Of a DNA stretch of 64,000 bases, positions 62,843 to 64,000 are shown in pieces. Within the stretch, counting starts at the first letter, position 1. Each line of letters starts with the position of its first letter. Location: contig CAWBQR010000015.1 of assembly GCA_963791005.1 (NCBI GenBank), forward strand, positions 6,553 to 70,552, read 5' to 3'. The translations under genes and the position numbers were made by a program. The notes beneath the pieces are model-generated. The model did no database searches. It saw only the letters and a program-made list of their open reading frames with translations, and had not been told where the DNA came from. The stretch is from an uncultured delta proteobacterium (GTDB lineage: Bacteria > Desulfobacterota > Desulfuromonadia > Desulfuromonadales > CAWBQR01).

Positions 62843-64000
62843 ATGAAATCATTTACCGAAGTTTTCCGACATTTTTTCAAGGGCATTGCCCGAAGCAGGG
62901 TCTCGCTTATCGGGGCCATGATGGTGACTGTTATTTTCCCGTTCCTGGCGGGAGCGCTCATCTACGATGCCATCTGGAACATCAAAAACGTCTATGTGGC
63001 CGGGCTCATCTACATGATTCTGGGACCGGCATTCATCACCGGCCTGATCCTTGTCTTCCTGGGACTTTTCTTCTTCAAAGGAAAAGAGGAAGTACGCCTC
63101 TTTACCCTTGAATACCTGCGGGGTTACTTCACAGACCCCACCAAATTCAAGAAGATGCGCCGGCTGGTTTTTTTCGCCGTCTTTCTGACCGGGATCAACC
63201 TGTTTATCTTCGCCTTGCTCGGATACAGCTCCTACGGCTACATGGAATCCGTGGGGTTCTGCGGCACATTCTGCCATTCGGTCATGACCCCCGAATACAC
63301 GGCCTATAAAAACTCTCCTCACTCCCGGGTCCCCTGCGTCGAATGTCATATCGGCTCGGGCGCCAGCTGGTTTGTGAAGTCCAAGATTTCCGGCGCCCGG
63401 CAGCTTTTCGCAGTCACCCTAGACACTTACAGCCGCCCGATTGAAACTCCCGTCCGCAGCCTGCGCCCGGCACGCGATACCTGTGAAGAGTGCCACCGTC
63501 CTGAAAAATTCCACGGTGATCAGCTCGTCGTTATCGACAAGTACCTTCCCGATGAAAAGAACACCCATGTCCAGACCGTGCTGATGATGAAGGTCGGCAC
63601 CGCCGGCGACCGGGCCGTCAGCCCGAACGGCATCCACTGGCACGTGGCTCCCGAAAACAATATCGTATACAAAACCACCACGGACGATCGCATGACGATT
63701 CCCGAAGTGGTCCTCTATAAGGCCGACGGAACCAAAAAGGTTTTCAAAACCGACGATGCCGACGCTCAGCTAAAAAAGGCCGGAGCCAAGGTCGAAAGCC
63801 GGACCATGGACTGTATCGATTGCCACAACCGCCCGACCCATATTTACCTTCCCGCCGGCCGCGCCATCGACAACAAGATCCTGGCCGGAAAGATTCCGCG
63901 GGACCTGCCTTTTGTCAAGAAAATGGCGATGGAGGTCGTCAAACCAAAATACAAGAGCCAGGCGGAGGCGAAAAAGGCCATTGCCGACAAGCTGACGGCC
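62843..64000 (+). CDS. inner-membrane multihaem c-type cytochrome, NapC/NirT-like (ImcH-like); 3-prime end lies outside the window
   Basis: It is not in the ORF track because it has no stop in the window. My own translation from ATG 62843 is open to base 64000 (386 codons). It shows three N-terminal TM helices, then FCGTFCHSVM, CVECH, CEECH and CIDCH. Confidence 0.7.
   Translation, partial: MKSFTEVFRHFFKGIARSRVSLIGAMMVTVIFPFLAGALIYDAIWNIKNVYVAGLIYMILGPAFITGLILVFLGLFFFKGKEEVRLFTLEYLRGYFTDPTKFKKMRRLVFFAVFLTGINLFIFALLGYSSYGYMESVGFCGTFCHSVMTPEYTAYKNSPHSRVPCVECHIGSGASWFVKSKISGARQLFAVTLDTYSRPIETPVRSLRPARDTCEECHRPEKFHGDQLVVIDKYLPDEKNTHVQTVLMMKVGTAGDRAVSPNGIHWHVAPENNIVYKTTTDDRMTIPEVVLYKADGTKKVFKTDDADAQLKKAGAKVESRTMDCIDCHNRPTHIYLPAGRAIDNKILAGKIPRDLPFVKKMAMEVVKPKYKSQAEAKKAIADKLTA

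Overview
GC-rich chromosomal window whose gene content looks like a Geobacter/Desulfuromonadales-type deltaproteobacterium; this taxon call rests on gene content only. From left to right:

(1) tadA and tRNA-Ser(CGA), followed by a decayed integration scar. The scar holds IS110, rve and RAYT transposase fragments, a tRNA 3-prime-end remnant and an MNT/HepT toxin-antitoxin pair.

(2) An anaerobic nitrogen-oxide respiration island. It contains quinol-type NO reductase, a cupin, a membrane-anchored dihaem cytochrome c coupled to narGHJI, two narK genes, a PAS protein, mobA, moeA, a NapH-like polyferredoxin, and PCuAC plus Sco1.

(3) glgP, a patatin, a DUF815 ATPase, TraB/GumN, and a TolC-MFP-RND(-DedA) efflux operon. 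Next to the operon sit a repeat-flanked MFS insertion, a histidine-kinase remnant, a PAP2 lipoprotein and a ZraP/Spy-like protein.

(4) A low-GC patch with a MucR/Ros regulator.

(5) A housekeeping and energy block: S1-domain protein, YkgJ, DoxX, U32 peptidase, ferritin-like protein, radC, rdgC, frdCAB, atpZ/I/B/E, a CbcL-like 9-haem cytochrome c/b fusion and an ImcH-like NapC/NirT cytochrome that runs off the right edge.

Main hunt results:
- An unannotated HesB-like selenoprotein gene with an in-frame UGA and a SECIS-like hairpin.
- About 33 frameshifts, mostly of insertion type, clustered in the left third and especially in the nar/nor island. None were detected right of ~44.9 kb.
- A five-copy MITE-like repeat family, with three copies sitting just upstream of start codons.
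- A 15-bp palindrome present three times in the frdCAB, atp and cbcL control regions.
- Three TTGA-N6-TCAA (FNR/CRP-type) boxes at the promoters of the denitrification island.

No CRISPR array or rRNA was seen. I found no convincing new multi-gene defence-type system.
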